This document shows, in pieces, positions 1 through 9,678 of a stretch of 19,163 nt of DNA (its first letter is position 1; each line of letters begins with the position of its first letter). The translations under genes and the position numbers were made by a program. This DNA is from Acidimicrobiia bacterium. Lineage in GTDB: Bacteria; Actinomycetota; Acidimicrobiia; Spongiisociales; Spongiisociaceae. Under the pieces are notes generated by a model. The model was given only the letters and a program-made list of their open reading frames with translations. It made no database searches and had not been told where the DNA came from. The stretch covers positions 1 through 19,163 of the forward strand of contig JBFGLM010000074.1 in assembly GCA_041576165.1 (NCBI GenBank), read 5' to 3'.

Positions 1-175
1 AGCAGCAGCACATCTTCAGGTTTGACGCCGACCCGCGCAGGGGATATGGCGGCAGCCGGACAGCAGGCTCGAGCTACGTCATGGAGCAGTCTGGAACCAG
101 CACCGCGACACAACGCCGCCGCAGCTCACCGTACCGCGCTGCCTTGCGCGGTTGCTGTTCATCGGGGGCGCCGGC

Positions 176-1249
176 TCAGACCAGGCCGAGCGCCCGGGCG
201 ATGAAGCTGGCCATCTGCGCTCGGTTCACATTCTGCCCCGGGCAGTAGGACCGGACCCCGGCGTCGCAGCCCGAGGTCACTCCCGCCACTGCCAGTGCGT
301 TGATGGCCGACTCATGGGTGGAGCCGTCGTCGTCGTCGAACTGGTCGGTGCCGACCGGGCCGAGGTCGAGGGCACGAGCCAGGAACGTTGCCATCTGGGC
401 CCGCGATACCGGGTCATCTGGGCAATAGCTCGCAGCGTCGCAGCCGTTCGTCATCCCCGCCGCGGCCAGAGCGTTGATTGCGTCCTCGTGGGCCGATCCG
501 GTGTCGTCGTGGAAGTAGTCGGTGGGCGTGGTCGGAAGGTCGAGCGCCCGCACGAGGAACGTCGCCATCTGCCCGCGGGTGACGGGGTCCTCGGGGCAGT
601 ACTCATCGCCCTCCGCATTGCACCCGGCCGTGATGCCGGCGTTGGCAATCGCTGCGATCGAGTCCTCGTGCACACTGCCTTCGTCGTCTACGAATGGGGG
701 CTCGTACACCGCAGGCACGTCGGCCGGTGTGGAAGGGGGCTGCGCTTCGGCCAATCCGGCCGGCCCGTACATGAAGACAACGGCCACCCAGATCACCGAG
801 TTGGCGTCGATCACGACACCGACGCCGGCGTAGTTGTAGGTGTCTTTCATCACATTGGCCCGGTGGCCGGGCGAGTCCATGAAGGCATTGTGGAGTGCGA
901 TCACAGTAGGTCCGTAGCCGACGTTCTCCCCGAGCGCGTACCAGCCGGTCGTAACGTCCGCCAGGTCGGGATTGTGGAATAGATAACCAGCGCCGTGGAT
1001 GGCCTGCGCTTGCCCGCGGGCCCCATCAACCAGGACGTCAAGGCGCGCCAGGGGGTTCAAACCGTCGGCTGCCCTCTCCTGGTTGATGAGTTCGAGGAAT
1101 TCAGCCTCGAACGCCAGCTCGTTGCCCTGCAGCTGGCTCTGCGCGTTGACCGGATACGCTGCGCCCAGCGCCGGCGATGTCGTGGCGACCACCAACAAAG
1201 CGGCCACCAGTGCAACCCGGAGGGGTTGCCAAACTGTCCGTACACCCAT
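176..1249 (-). CDS. Secreted CAP/SCP-domain protein with three C-terminal S-layer homology (SLH) repeats
   Basis: Signal peptide (RVALVAALLVVATTSPALGA). CAP motifs LINQERAADGL, GENVG and FMDSPGHRAN. Three repeats of F.DD.GS.HE..I.A.A.AG.T.GC...YCP...V.R.QMA.F..RAL. Confidence 0.92.
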   Translation of the reverse strand: MGVRTVWQPLRVALVAALLVVATTSPALGAAYPVNAQSQLQGNELAFEAEFLELINQERAADGLNPLARLDVLVDGARGQAQAIHGAGYLFHNPDLADVTTGWYALGENVGYGPTVIALHNAFMDSPGHRANVMKDTYNYAGVGVVIDANSVIWVAVVFMYGPAGLAEAQPPSTPADVPAVYEPPFVDDEGSVHEDSIAAIANAGITAGCNAEGDEYCPEDPVTRGQMATFLVRALDLPTTPTDYFHDDTGSAHEDAINALAAAGMTNGCDAASYCPDDPVSRAQMATFLARALDLGPVGTDQFDDDDGSTHESAINALAVAGVTSGCDAGVRSYCPGQNVNRAQMASFIARALGLV

Positions 1250-1271
1250 GTTCCTGGGATCGGATACACAG

Positions 1272-1332
1272 GTGTGATTTCTTTACCACACAGAGTGACT
1301 ATTTGGGATTGATCACCGCATTCAGTGGTCAA
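1272..1332. promoter_or_regulatory. AT-rich divergent promoter region with imperfect inverted repeats
   Basis: Locally AT-rich. GTGTG..N10..CACAC at 1272-1291 and TTGATCAC-N8-GTGGTCAA at 1309-1332, between the divergent CAP/SLH and SDR genes. Confidence 0.35.
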
Positions 1333-1495
1333 GGGCCGCGACGCAATGCAACGGCTGGCGCGGCAAGCCAAGGTCGAGAATCCCCCCGAACTCGGTGGCG
1401 AGCAAGATCAGCTGGTGAGCTTGACGCCCTGCGACCGACGGCAGGGCGTGCCACCATGTGGCTGCCGGCGACCCCTCGGAGGAGGTGTCAGGTCG

Positions 1496-2215
1496 ATGAG
1501 CGAACATATGACGCGCCGCGCGTTCGTTACTGGTGGCGCCAGCGGAATTGGCTTGGCCTGCGCACGCCGGTTGTCCGACGACGGCCTCGAGGTCGTGATC
1601 GCGGATCTGGCGAGCCCGGAGCTGGAGCGACTTGCCGAGCTGTTCACCGGCGCCGCCGAGCTGGACGTGCGCGATGCAGACGCCGTGAACGCCGCGATCT
1701 CTGGCTGGCAGCCGATCGATGTGCTGATCAACAGCGCGGGCGTGGTGGGCCCCAATGCTCCAGTCTGGGAGGTGGCCACGGATGGCTGGGAAGAGACCAT
1801 CGCCATCAACTTGACGGGGACGTTCAACATGATCAGGGCCGCTCTCCCAGCCATGCGCGAACGCGGGTGGGGTCGAATCATCAATATCGCGAGCATCGCC
1901 GGCAAAGAAGGCAATCCGAACCTCAGCGCCTACTCGGCATCGAAGGCGGGCATCATTGGGCTGACAAAATCGGTGGGTAAGGAAGTCGCCCGAGATGGAA
2001 TTCTGGTCAATGCCGTGGCACCCGCCGTGATAGAGACGCCGATGACCGCCGAGATTGCACCCCCTGTGCTGGAGTACATGCTGTCCAAGATCCCGATGGG
2101 TCGTTTTGGTCAGCCCGAAGAGGTGGCGGCGTTGGTGTCGTGGCTCGCGTCTGACGAGTGCACCTTCTCCACCGGTCATGCGTACGACATTTCGGGTGGC
2201 CGCGCCACGTACTGA
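1496..2215 (+). CDS. Short-chain dehydrogenase/reductase (FabG-like; C-terminus resembles 2-keto-3-deoxy-sugar-acid dehydrogenases)
   Basis: TGGASGIG, INSAG, YSASK, NAVAP and terminal DISGGRATY. Strong RBS GGAGGAGGTG before ATG 1496, so the ORF-track start at 1325 is probably too long. Confidence 0.93.
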   Translation: MSEHMTRRAFVTGGASGIGLACARRLSDDGLEVVIADLASPELERLAELFTGAAELDVRDADAVNAAISGWQPIDVLINSAGVVGPNAPVWEVATDGWEETIAINLTGTFNMIRAALPAMRERGWGRIINIASIAGKEGNPNLSAYSASKAGIIGLTKSVGKEVARDGILVNAVAPAVIETPMTAEIAPPVLEYMLSKIPMGRFGQPEEVAALVSWLASDECTFSTGHAYDISGGRATY

Positions 2216-2552
2216 GCGAACAAGCGAGGTAGTTGCGCCGTTTCGCAGTTATCGGTCGGCCCGTGCGGCTGCCGCCGACGGCTGTTTGCGCGACGTGCAT
2301 GGGTTGGTGGACGACCTCGACGTTGGTTCTGGTGTCGCGCCGGCCCGACCGCAGTGGCGGACACTGATCTCGGTGAGTCTCCGGGCTCGGTCCGGCTGAT
2401 ACGGACCAGGTGTCATTCCGGCGCCCTGCCGACAGATTGGAGCCGTCAGTGAAACCTCCCCTCAGATACAGACAGCGACGGTCCGTATTCCCGGCGACCC
2501 GGGGACGGCCGGCAGTGCCTGGCCGAGCGACGCGTGAACCCGGGCCGAAGAC

Positions 2553-3539
2553 ATGAAGGCACTCGTCTATGGGAAATACGGATCGCCCGATGTGCTGGAG
2601 GTACGGGACATCGCAAAACCCCGACCGGGCGAGCACGACGTCCTGATCCGGGTGTATGCGGCGTCGGTCAATGCGTCGGACTGGGAGAGGTTGCGCGGCA
2701 AGCCGCTGTACGCACGGATGATGTGGCCGTGGAGGCCGAAGAATCGTGTTCTCGGCTCAGACGTGGCAGGCCGGGTCGAAGCCGTCGGTCACGCGGTCGA
2801 GTTGTTTCGAGTCGGCGACGAGGTTCTCGGCGATGTCCTATGGCACGGAGGAGGAGCCTTTGCTGAGTACGTGTGCGTCCCCGAAAGCGCGCCGTTGGTC
2901 CTGAAGCCCGCAGACCTCTCCTTCGAGCAGGCCGCGGCATTACCCCAGGCCACCGTCATCGCACGGCAAGGGATCGAAGGTGGACGGGGCGTCGCTCCTC
3001 AGGACCGCGTTCTCATCAACGGTGCTGGAGGAGGAGCCGGAACCCTGGCCGTACAGCTCGCCCACGCGGCGGGTGCCCACGTCACGGCCGTGGATAATGG
3101 GCGCAAGCTGGAGCTGTTGCGCTCGCTTGGTGCGGACCATGTGATCGATTACACGCAGCAAGACTTCACCGAAGATGACCAGCAGTATCACCTCATCCTG
3201 GACCTTGCCGCCCACCACTCATTGTTCGCGTCCAAACGGCGTCTGGTGTCGGGAGGAAGGTATCTGATGGTCGGTGGCTCCGCGGCCGCGCTACTACAAG
3301 CAGTCGTGCTAGGACCGCTGATCTCGCGAACGAGCCGGGTGATGATGGGGCTGCTGGCGGTGCAGACGAGCAAGGAGGAGCTGAACCGTGCGGTGGCGCT
3401 AGTTCGCCGCGGAGCAATGCTCCCCACGATCGACCGGACCTACACCCTGACCGAGGCTCCCGCCGCATTGCGCCGCCTGGGAGAGGGCCGCGCGCTTGGG
3501 AAGCTCGTAATCACGCTCGTCCCGGCGACTGCGCGGTAG
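2553..3539 (+). CDS. Zinc-independent MDR-family NAD(P)-dependent oxidoreductase (quinone reductase/alcohol dehydrogenase-like)
   Basis: [15 protein letters not shown] start, ASVNASD and VLGSDVAG (no Zn-binding Cys/His), [23 protein letters not shown]. Confidence 0.92.
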   Translation: MKALVYGKYGSPDVLEVRDIAKPRPGEHDVLIRVYAASVNASDWERLRGKPLYARMMWPWRPKNRVLGSDVAGRVEAVGHAVELFRVGDEVLGDVLWHGGGAFAEYVCVPESAPLVLKPADLSFEQAAALPQATVIARQGIEGGRGVAPQDRVLINGAGGGAGTLAVQLAHAAGAHVTAVDNGRKLELLRSLGADHVIDYTQQDFTEDDQQYHLILDLAAHHSLFASKRRLVSGGRYLMVGGSAAALLQAVVLGPLISRTSRVMMGLLAVQTSKEELNRAVALVRRGAMLPTIDRTYTLTEAPAALRRLGEGRALGKLVITLVPATAR

Positions 3540-3730
3540 GGCGATGCCGGCTCCAGCGCCGGATCAGCTGTGCAGGAGCACGCGGAGGGCCGCCAACCGG
3601 CCGACAACGAATCAGATCGCAGATCAGGCCCGGCCCGCGCGGAGCATCGCAACCGGAAGCGACAATGGAGGCCTGGTTTGGGTCGACATCGACGCCCACA
3701 CCTACACTCGTGCGCTCGCCGGAGGTACTC

Positions 3731-4876
3731 ATGCGAATTGGAATCCTCACCGGTGGCGGCGACGTCCCCGGGCTGAACCCGTGCATCAAGGCGGTCGTCA
3801 GTCGCGTCGTTGAGGACGGTCATGTCGTGTTGGGCATCCGTCGCGGCTGGGGAGGCCTGCTGTACGTCGATCCCGACGACCCGGCGACGATCGAGGAGAA
3901 CACGGCGCCGCTCGACGAGGTGGCGGTACGCACCGTCGATCGCACAGGAGGAACCTTCCTCCATACATCACGCACGAACCCGTCCAACGTCAAGGCGGCC
4001 GACGTCCCCCCGCATGTCGAGATGCCGGTCGGCCAAGACCGTATGGACGCAACTCCGCACATTCTGCGAGTCATCGATGCGCTCGGGATCGACGTGCTCA
4101 TCCCGATCGGCGGCGACGACACGCTCTCATACGGGCTCCGGATGCATGAAGAGGGCGTGCCGGTCATCGCCATTCCCAAAACGATGGACAACGATGTCCA
4201 CGGCACGGACTACTGCATCGGGTTCTCGACGGCCGTCACCCGCGGCGTGGAGTTCATACACAATCTGCGCACCAGCGCCGGATCGCATGAGCGGATCGCA
4301 GTCGTCGAGCTGTTCGGCCGCTACAGCGGTGAGACCTCGCTGATCACTGCATATCTGGCAGGTGTGGACCGGGCCATCATCTCGGAGGTCCCCTTCGACA
4401 TCGACAAGCTCGGCCGGCTCCTCACCTCTGATCGGGCCAAGAACCCGTCCCGTTACGCCATGATGACGATCTCCGAAGGAGCCGTGATGACGGGGGGTGA
4501 CATGTATCTGTCGGGTGATGCCGATGCATACGGGCATCGCAAACTCGGAGGCATCGGCGCCGAGACCGGCGCTCTGCTCAAACACACGACGGGTATCGAG
4601 GTCATCAATCAGCAGGTGGCCTATCTCATGCGCTCGGGCCGGCCCGACTCGCTGGACCTCATGGTCGCCACCAACTACGCGGTCATGGCAGCCAACCTCG
4701 CGATGGAAGGCTCCTCAGGTCGGATGGTCGCGCTGCGGGGCGGCACATACAGCAACGTTCCGATCTCTGTGACGGGCGAGGGAGTCAAACGTGTCGACGT
4801 GGGCGAGCTGTATGACGCAGAGGCCTACCGGCCCAAAGTTCGCCACGTCCTCGGCAAGCCGATGTTTCTGTACTGA
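3731..4876 (+). CDS. pfkA: PfkA-family 6-phosphofructokinase, probably pyrophosphate-dependent
   Basis: [57 protein letters not shown] before ATG 3731. Confidence 0.93.
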   Translation: MRIGILTGGGDVPGLNPCIKAVVSRVVEDGHVVLGIRRGWGGLLYVDPDDPATIEENTAPLDEVAVRTVDRTGGTFLHTSRTNPSNVKAADVPPHVEMPVGQDRMDATPHILRVIDALGIDVLIPIGGDDTLSYGLRMHEEGVPVIAIPKTMDNDVHGTDYCIGFSTAVTRGVEFIHNLRTSAGSHERIAVVELFGRYSGETSLITAYLAGVDRAIISEVPFDIDKLGRLLTSDRAKNPSRYAMMTISEGAVMTGGDMYLSGDADAYGHRKLGGIGAETGALLKHTTGIEVINQQVAYLMRSGRPDSLDLMVATNYAVMAANLAMEGSSGRMVALRGGTYSNVPISVTGEGVKRVDVGELYDAEAYRPKVRHVLGKPMFLY

Positions 4877-4885
4877 GCGGCGACT

Positions 4886-5174
4886 ATGCCAGCTCGGCGC
4901 GGGCTGATGACGATGGGGCTGTTCATCGAGGATGGAATCGACGTGCGGCAGGGGCCACGTTTTGCGCCAGCGCATGGTGGCAAACCTCCCCGAGCTGTGG
5001 GAGCTGCCGCCGCCCAAAACGGACGTTGGGATGACCGTCGACGACGTCCTCAGGGCACGGAACGCCGCAGAGCACCGGCGGCTGGTACTCGACTGGGCCA
5101 CCCGACTGTGGGCAGTGTGGGTATCGCACCGCATGACGATCCGCACTTGGATCAAGCGAGCATTGCCGGATTGA
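4886..5174 (+). pseudogene. 5'-truncated, frameshifted DUF5946-like gene remnant
   Basis: LMTMGLFIEDGIDVRQGPR (frame of 4886) joins LRQRMVANLP..PPKTDVGMTVDDV..AAEHRRLVLDWATRLWAVWVSHRMTIRTW (frame of 4932) if one T is removed from TTTT at 4960-4963. The TVxDV..H...V..WA..W..W..H..IR.W pattern is recalled as DUF5946. Confidence 0.55.
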
Positions 5175-5608
5175 CATGACAGACGACCGACCCGCGCGCG
5201 AACGGACGACGAGCGGTCTGGAGGGCGGTTGCACCATTGGCACACCGACGACACCGTCACTTCGGGTAGCGGCTCCGCCGTGACCGAGACGGCCAGGTTC
5301 TCATCGATCCCACCCGCGGGTAGTTGAGTCAACAGCTGGAAAAGCGTTGCCGTCGGGGACCACCCAGGCGGCAGCGTTGGTGACTTCGTTTTCAATCGTG
5401 CGATCCCTCACGCCCGGACCTAGCTTTCGATCTCGGACACCCGGGCGTTGGCGATTTGGAGAACCAGGTGGATTCGAGGCGCGAGCGGTCTCGATCTTGA
5501 CAGCTTCAACGACGTGCAGAACACATGCGGGGCGACCGCGTGCTACATAACGGGCACTATTCGCGCCCCATGCGGCAGCGAACCAGCCGCTCGATGGGAG
5601 GGCTCTGA

Positions 5609-6442
5609 GTGAAGGTATCTTTCAAGACCCCACAGATGCACACTGACTGGCAGTCGATCCGTGACGTCTGGGTAGAAGCGGACGGGATGGACGTCTTTGT
5701 CGGCGGCTGGACTTTCGACCATTTCAATCCGCTTCGCGGAGATCCAGACGGCCCTTGCTTGGAAGGGTGGATGCTGCTGGCCTCGCTGGCAACGATCACC
5801 TCCCGGCTGCGGCTCGGGGTCATGGTCACCGGAAACACCTATCGCCATCCCGCCGTGCTGGCCAACATGGCCGCAACCGCCGACGTGGTCTCAAACGGCC
5901 GCCTCGACTTCGGCATCGGCGCCGGCTGGTTCGCCCCCGAGCACGAGGCCTATGGGATCGAACTGCCACCTCTGAAGGAGCGCTTCGATCGTTTCGACGA
6001 GGCCCTCGAGGTCATTCATCTGCTGCTCACCGAGGATGTCAGCGATTTCGACGGCAAGCACTATCGGCTGCGAGAAGCCCGCTGTGAGCCAAAGTCGGTG
6101 CAGCAGCCCCGCCCACCGTTGGTGATCGGCGGCGGCGGGGAGAAGCGCACGTTGCGAGCCACCGCCAGGTGGGCGGACCACTGGAACATGCCGAGTATGG
6201 GGTTTGACATCGCCGCATACCGCCACAAGGCCGAAGTACTCGAAGAGTGGTGTGAGCGGCTGGGCCGGCCTATCGACGAGATCGAGAAGTCGCTCCAGTT
6301 CGCGTTGGGTGATGCAGCATCTCTCGGGGAACGTCTCCAGCAAACCGCCGAGGCCGGAGCAGATCACGCCATCGTCGGACTGCCGGCGCCCCACCGGGTG
6401 AGAGACCTCGTGACCGTGGCCGAGGCGGTCCGCAGCTTGTAG
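5609..6442 (+). CDS. F420-dependent LLM-class oxidoreductase (Rv1855c/TIGR03560-like)
   Basis: WTFDHF, CLEGWMLLASLA, VTGNTYRHPAVLANMAAT, GIGAGW, IGGGGEKRTLR. GTG start after GGGAGGG. Confidence 0.92.
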   Translation: MKVSFKTPQMHTDWQSIRDVWVEADGMDVFVGGWTFDHFNPLRGDPDGPCLEGWMLLASLATITSRLRLGVMVTGNTYRHPAVLANMAATADVVSNGRLDFGIGAGWFAPEHEAYGIELPPLKERFDRFDEALEVIHLLLTEDVSDFDGKHYRLREARCEPKSVQQPRPPLVIGGGGEKRTLRATARWADHWNMPSMGFDIAAYRHKAEVLEEWCERLGRPIDEIEKSLQFALGDAASLGERLQQTAEAGADHAIVGLPAPHRVRDLVTVAEAVRSL

Positions 6443-6482
6443 TACTCCGGCTCGGCATCCGCTGCCCGCATCGATCTTGCTC

Positions 6483-6499
6483 CTCCCGTCTGTCGGGAG
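6483..6499 (+). terminator. Possible GC-rich hairpin terminator after the LLM gene
   Basis: CTCCCG-TCTGT-CGGGAG, 40 nt after the stop codon. No U-tract. Confidence 0.3.
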
Positions 6500-6557
6500 C
6501 GGAACCGAGTGTCACGACTAACAAGGGAGCGCCCTCCGCTCGCCGACCGGGCAGGCC

Positions 6558-6740
6558 GTGGCACTGCCCCGATCTGCGAGGGAGAGAATCCGCAAGCTCG
6601 ACCACGAACTGGAGAGCATCCGCACCATCGTCCGCACCAGACCCGAAACCGACTCGACGGTGGGTAGGTGGATCGCCGAGACAAACCAGGAGCGCCGCCG
6701 GCTTGGAAGCGCTCCTCGGCAGAACGCCCACAACCAGGAT
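6558..6740 (+). pseudogene. Fragment resembling the coiled-coil C-terminal region of an actinobacterial large serine recombinase
   Basis: [36 protein letters not shown] continues as [11 protein letters not shown] after a 1-nt frameshift at ~6702-6706. No catalytic domain is present. Confidence 0.4.
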
Positions 6741-6823
6741 TGCCAACCCACAACTACGCACATGTGGTCGACGGTGCTCCTCGCGCTGCTTGTGTGGCTT
6801 CCGCGGCGGATCGTCGCCCGGCC

Positions 6824-7053
6824 GGCACGGACTTCGCGGCGTTCGACGAAGGGAGCACGACCGAGAATCCGGACTGTGCCGGAGTCAGCCTTCACGGCCC
6901 CGACCAGGATCCGGATCAGCGTGGTCTTTCCCGCTCCGTTGGGGCCGACCAGGCCGACGATCTCGCTTTGGCCACGTTCAGGTCGACCGCGCGGAGAGCC
7001 ACCACCTTCCCAAACCGTTTCGAGACTTCACTGGCTGAGATGGCCGTGTCCAT
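6824..7053 (-). pseudogene. Truncated, frameshifted ABC transporter ATP-binding gene (N-terminal third only)
   Basis: ATG at 7053 gives [29 protein letters not shown]. After a frameshift at ~6965 it reads [35 protein letters not shown] (Walker A at 6923-6946). No signature motif or Walker B follows. Confidence 0.85.
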
Positions 7054-7277
7054 GCCCGCACACGAGGAACCTCCGGCGCCATTGCCCATCGCCGGCGTTG
7101 TGGCACGCCGTGCTGCGGCGCGATCGCTGCGGTCTCGAGGACGGGCCGTCTTGAACGCGGCCCCACCTCCAGCGGCCCGCCGTCACCTCAATGGGTGTGT
7201 TCCGCCTGAGTAGGGTGCGGAAGGTGTCTCGAGCCCCGCTCACAAAGCGGCCGGGAGTGGCCGTGAGGTACTGGAGG

Positions 7278-7904
7278 GTGCTGGAACCCCGCACCCTCGA
7301 ACTGCTGCGGCGGATCTTCCACCACATGAACAGCGGGATGGTGCTCTTGTGGCGTACGGGCCTGGGGCGTATCGCAGACCTGTGGCCCCGCGGCTTCGGG
7401 CGGCTGATGGTGATCGAGCACCGGGGCCGGCGCAGCGGAACGCAGTTCCGAACCCCGGTCAACTACACGATCGTCGGTGGTGACGTCTATTGCGTTGCCG
7501 CATTCGGCGAGCGCTCGGACTGGTATCGCAACCTCCTGGCCGCACCCGAAACTGCGGTCTGGCTTCCCGACGGTCGCTGGGAGGTCAGCGTGGACGACGT
7601 CTCCGACGATCCGTGCCGGGTCGACCTCATGCGAAGGGTGCTGAGGGATTCGGGATTCGCTGCCCGCCTGTTTGGCCTGGATCCTCAGCGCATCAGCGAC
7701 CCTGACCTGGCGGAGGCCACGGCCACGTATCGTCTACTGCGGTTTCGACTCGGCCGGCTGCGGGCGGCGCAGGATGGTCCGGGAGACCTCGCCTGGATCT
7801 GGATTCCGATCGGTACTGCCCTTGGCGCCGGCCTGCTCTGGCGGCGTCTGCACCGCGGCCCGGTGTCCCCGGTTACTCGGCAGACCCGGCTCCATGGCAC
7901 TTAA
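7278..7904 (+). CDS. Deazaflavin (F420H2)-dependent nitroreductase family protein (DUF385/Ddn-like) with C-terminal membrane anchor
   Basis: IEHRGRRSGTQFRTPV and SDWYRNLLAAP motifs. Hydrophobic tail DLAWIWIPIGTALGAGLLWRR. Start uncertain (GTG 7278 preferred over 7191). Confidence 0.88.
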   Translation: MLEPRTLELLRRIFHHMNSGMVLLWRTGLGRIADLWPRGFGRLMVIEHRGRRSGTQFRTPVNYTIVGGDVYCVAAFGERSDWYRNLLAAPETAVWLPDGRWEVSVDDVSDDPCRVDLMRRVLRDSGFAARLFGLDPQRISDPDLAEATATYRLLRFRLGRLRAAQDGPGDLAWIWIPIGTALGAGLLWRRLHRGPVSPVTRQTRLHGT

Positions 7905-7985
7905 CTGCTGCATCATGGCCATGTTGTCCATGAGGCCCCAATGCGCCGTCAACCGGCCGTCGCCGAACTGCAACTGGTCAAATCG
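7890..7985 (-). pseudogene. 3' remnant of a SnoaL-like ester cyclase gene
   Basis: Minus strand reads FDQLQFGDGRLTAHWGLMDNMAMMQQLSAM, matching the C-terminal F.DG.I.EHW...D...MMQQLG pattern of ester cyclases. The rest of the gene is missing. Confidence 0.65.
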
Positions 7986-8006
7986 GATCCAAAGAAAGGA
8001 CGGACG

Positions 8007-8588
8007 ATGGATCGAGCAGTGAGGATTCTGGTGTTGGCGGGCAGCTACCGCCGCGACTCGTTCAACCAGGCCCTGGTGTCAGCGGCCCGAGAGGAGGCCC
8101 CTGACAACGCCGAGTTTCGAGAATTCGACCTGCGCGCCCTGCCGTTTTATGACGGCGACGTGGAAAGCTCCGGCCCGCCCTCGGCTGTAGAGCGCCTCAA
8201 GAGCGCGGTCCACGACGCTGATGCATTGCTGCTGGTGACCCCTGAATACAACAACGGCATTCCCGCGGTGCTGAAAAACGGCATCGACTGGGCATCCCGC
8301 GTGTACCCCGATGCACCCATCAGCGGCAAGTTGGTGGGGATCATGGGCGCCACGCCGGGCCGCAGCGGTACGAGAGTGGCCCAGGAACAGCTGCGTCGAG
8401 TCGTCGGCCGTACTGGCGCCGTCGTGCTTGACGAACCCGAGGTGATGGTCGCCAGGGCCGGTGAAGTCATCGACGAGGGACGGGTCACGTCAGAAGAAAT
8501 CAGATCGCGGATAGGGGCCGTGGTCGCGGCTCTAGTTGAGGCCACCGAACTGTGCGCTGACGAAGGTTCGGTGTCTGCCGTCATGTAG
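8007..8588 (+). CDS. NADPH-dependent FMN reductase (ChrR/SsuE flavodoxin-like fold)
   Basis: GSYRRDSFN, LPFYDGD, VTPEYNNGIPAVLKNGIDWASR. RBS AAAGGA before ATG 8007. Confidence 0.93.
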   Translation: MDRAVRILVLAGSYRRDSFNQALVSAAREEAPDNAEFREFDLRALPFYDGDVESSGPPSAVERLKSAVHDADALLLVTPEYNNGIPAVLKNGIDWASRVYPDAPISGKLVGIMGATPGRSGTRVAQEQLRRVVGRTGAVVLDEPEVMVARAGEVIDEGRVTSEEIRSRIGAVVAALVEATELCADEGSVSAVM

Positions 8589-8793
8589 ACCGGTGGAACT
8601 CATGGTGGGGAATGGCGGCATGGCGATGCCCCTGCGAAGGCAATGTATGGATGGTGCGGAGCGCTGAGAGACGAGGCCGCCCCACAACAAATCGATGATG
8701 GCACATGACTGATCCGGGCCAGAGCACCAATGCATGTATGGGCGATGGCCTCCGGCCCTAGCGCCAGGCACGGCAACGGCGCACGATGGACGC

Positions 8794-9678
8794 GTGCTCG
8801 AGATTCTCGGCCTCTCCAAACAGTATGGCGCGGTAGTTGCACTCGACGATGCGTCGTTCGTCGTACCTCCCGGCCGGATCGTCGGATTCCTGGGGCCCAA
8901 CGGCGCCGGCAAAACCACCGCCATGCGCTGCATATTCGGTTTGGTGGAACCCGACGCAGGCCGCATCCGGTGGAACGGCCGCGCAGTGTCGCCCGCGGAT
9001 CGTTTGACCTTCGGCTACATGCCGGAGGAACGTGGTCTCTATCCGAAGATGCGCGTTCGGGAACAGCTGATCTATTTCGGCAAGCTGTCCCGACTCGGCT
9101 CCGACGATGCGGCTCGAGCCGCCGACCACTGGTTGCACACGCTCGGCTTGATTGATCGCGCCGGCTCGCGGCTCGACGAGTTGTCGCACGGCAACCAGCA
9201 GCGGATTCAGCTCGCGGTGGCGCTGCTGCACCAGCCCCGCCTCCTGGTGTTGGACGAACCTTTTGCCGGCCTCGACCCGATCGGGGTGGAGGCCATGTCC
9301 GAGATTCTCGAAAGCCAGGCCCGAGCGGGGGTCGGGATCGTCTTCTCCAGCCATCAGCTCGACCTGGTGGAAGATGTCTGCCAGGACGTCGTCATCATCG
9401 ATCGGGGGCGGGTCGTGCTGGCCGGGCCGACCGCCGAGTTGCAGGCAGCATCAGGCATGGTCCGCATCGAGATCGAGGTCAATGGACGTCCTTGGGCGCC
9501 CGACATCGGGGGGATGGTCGACGTAAGCCGTGATCAGCGGCACGAAGCGCGGCTAGCGGACAGGAGCGTTGAGCTCGATGTCATTCTCGACAAGGCCGCC
9601 GCCCAGGGAGAAGTCACCTCCGTCTTCTACGGGCCGCCCCGGGTATCCGACCTGTTCCTGGAGGCGGTGCGCCGATGA
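8794..9678 (+). CDS. ABC-2 exporter ATP-binding subunit (NatA/YhaQ-like)
   Basis: Walker [22 protein letters not shown], signature LSHGNQQR, Walker B LVLDEPF, FSSH. GTG 8794 is the likely start. Confidence 0.93.
   Translation: MLEILGLSKQYGAVVALDDASFVVPPGRIVGFLGPNGAGKTTAMRCIFGLVEPDAGRIRWNGRAVSPADRLTFGYMPEERGLYPKMRVREQLIYFGKLSRLGSDDAARAADHWLHTLGLIDRAGSRLDELSHGNQQRIQLAVALLHQPRLLVLDEPFAGLDPIGVEAMSEILESQARAGVGIVFSSHQLDLVEDVCQDVVIIDRGRVVLAGPTAELQAASGMVRIEIEVNGRPWAPDIGGMVDVSRDQRHEARLADRSVELDVILDKAAAQGEVTSVFYGPPRVSDLFLEAVRR

Noticed and set aside
1-175. Possible partial CDS at the window edge
   Set aside because: No frame gives a convincing motif, so strand and product cannot be assigned.
1272-1291. 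TGTGA half-site as a CRP/GlxR box
   Set aside because: The second half at the correct spacing reads TACCA rather than TCACA. Too weak to call.
5175-5608. Possible gene remnant on the minus strand (FQLLTQLPAGGIDENLAVSV...)
   Set aside because: No family could be recognised in any frame.
6558-7213. ORF-track ORFs of 198 aa and 181 aa as real genes
   Set aside because: They are mostly the antisense of the ABC ATPase remnant plus the recombinase-like fragment.
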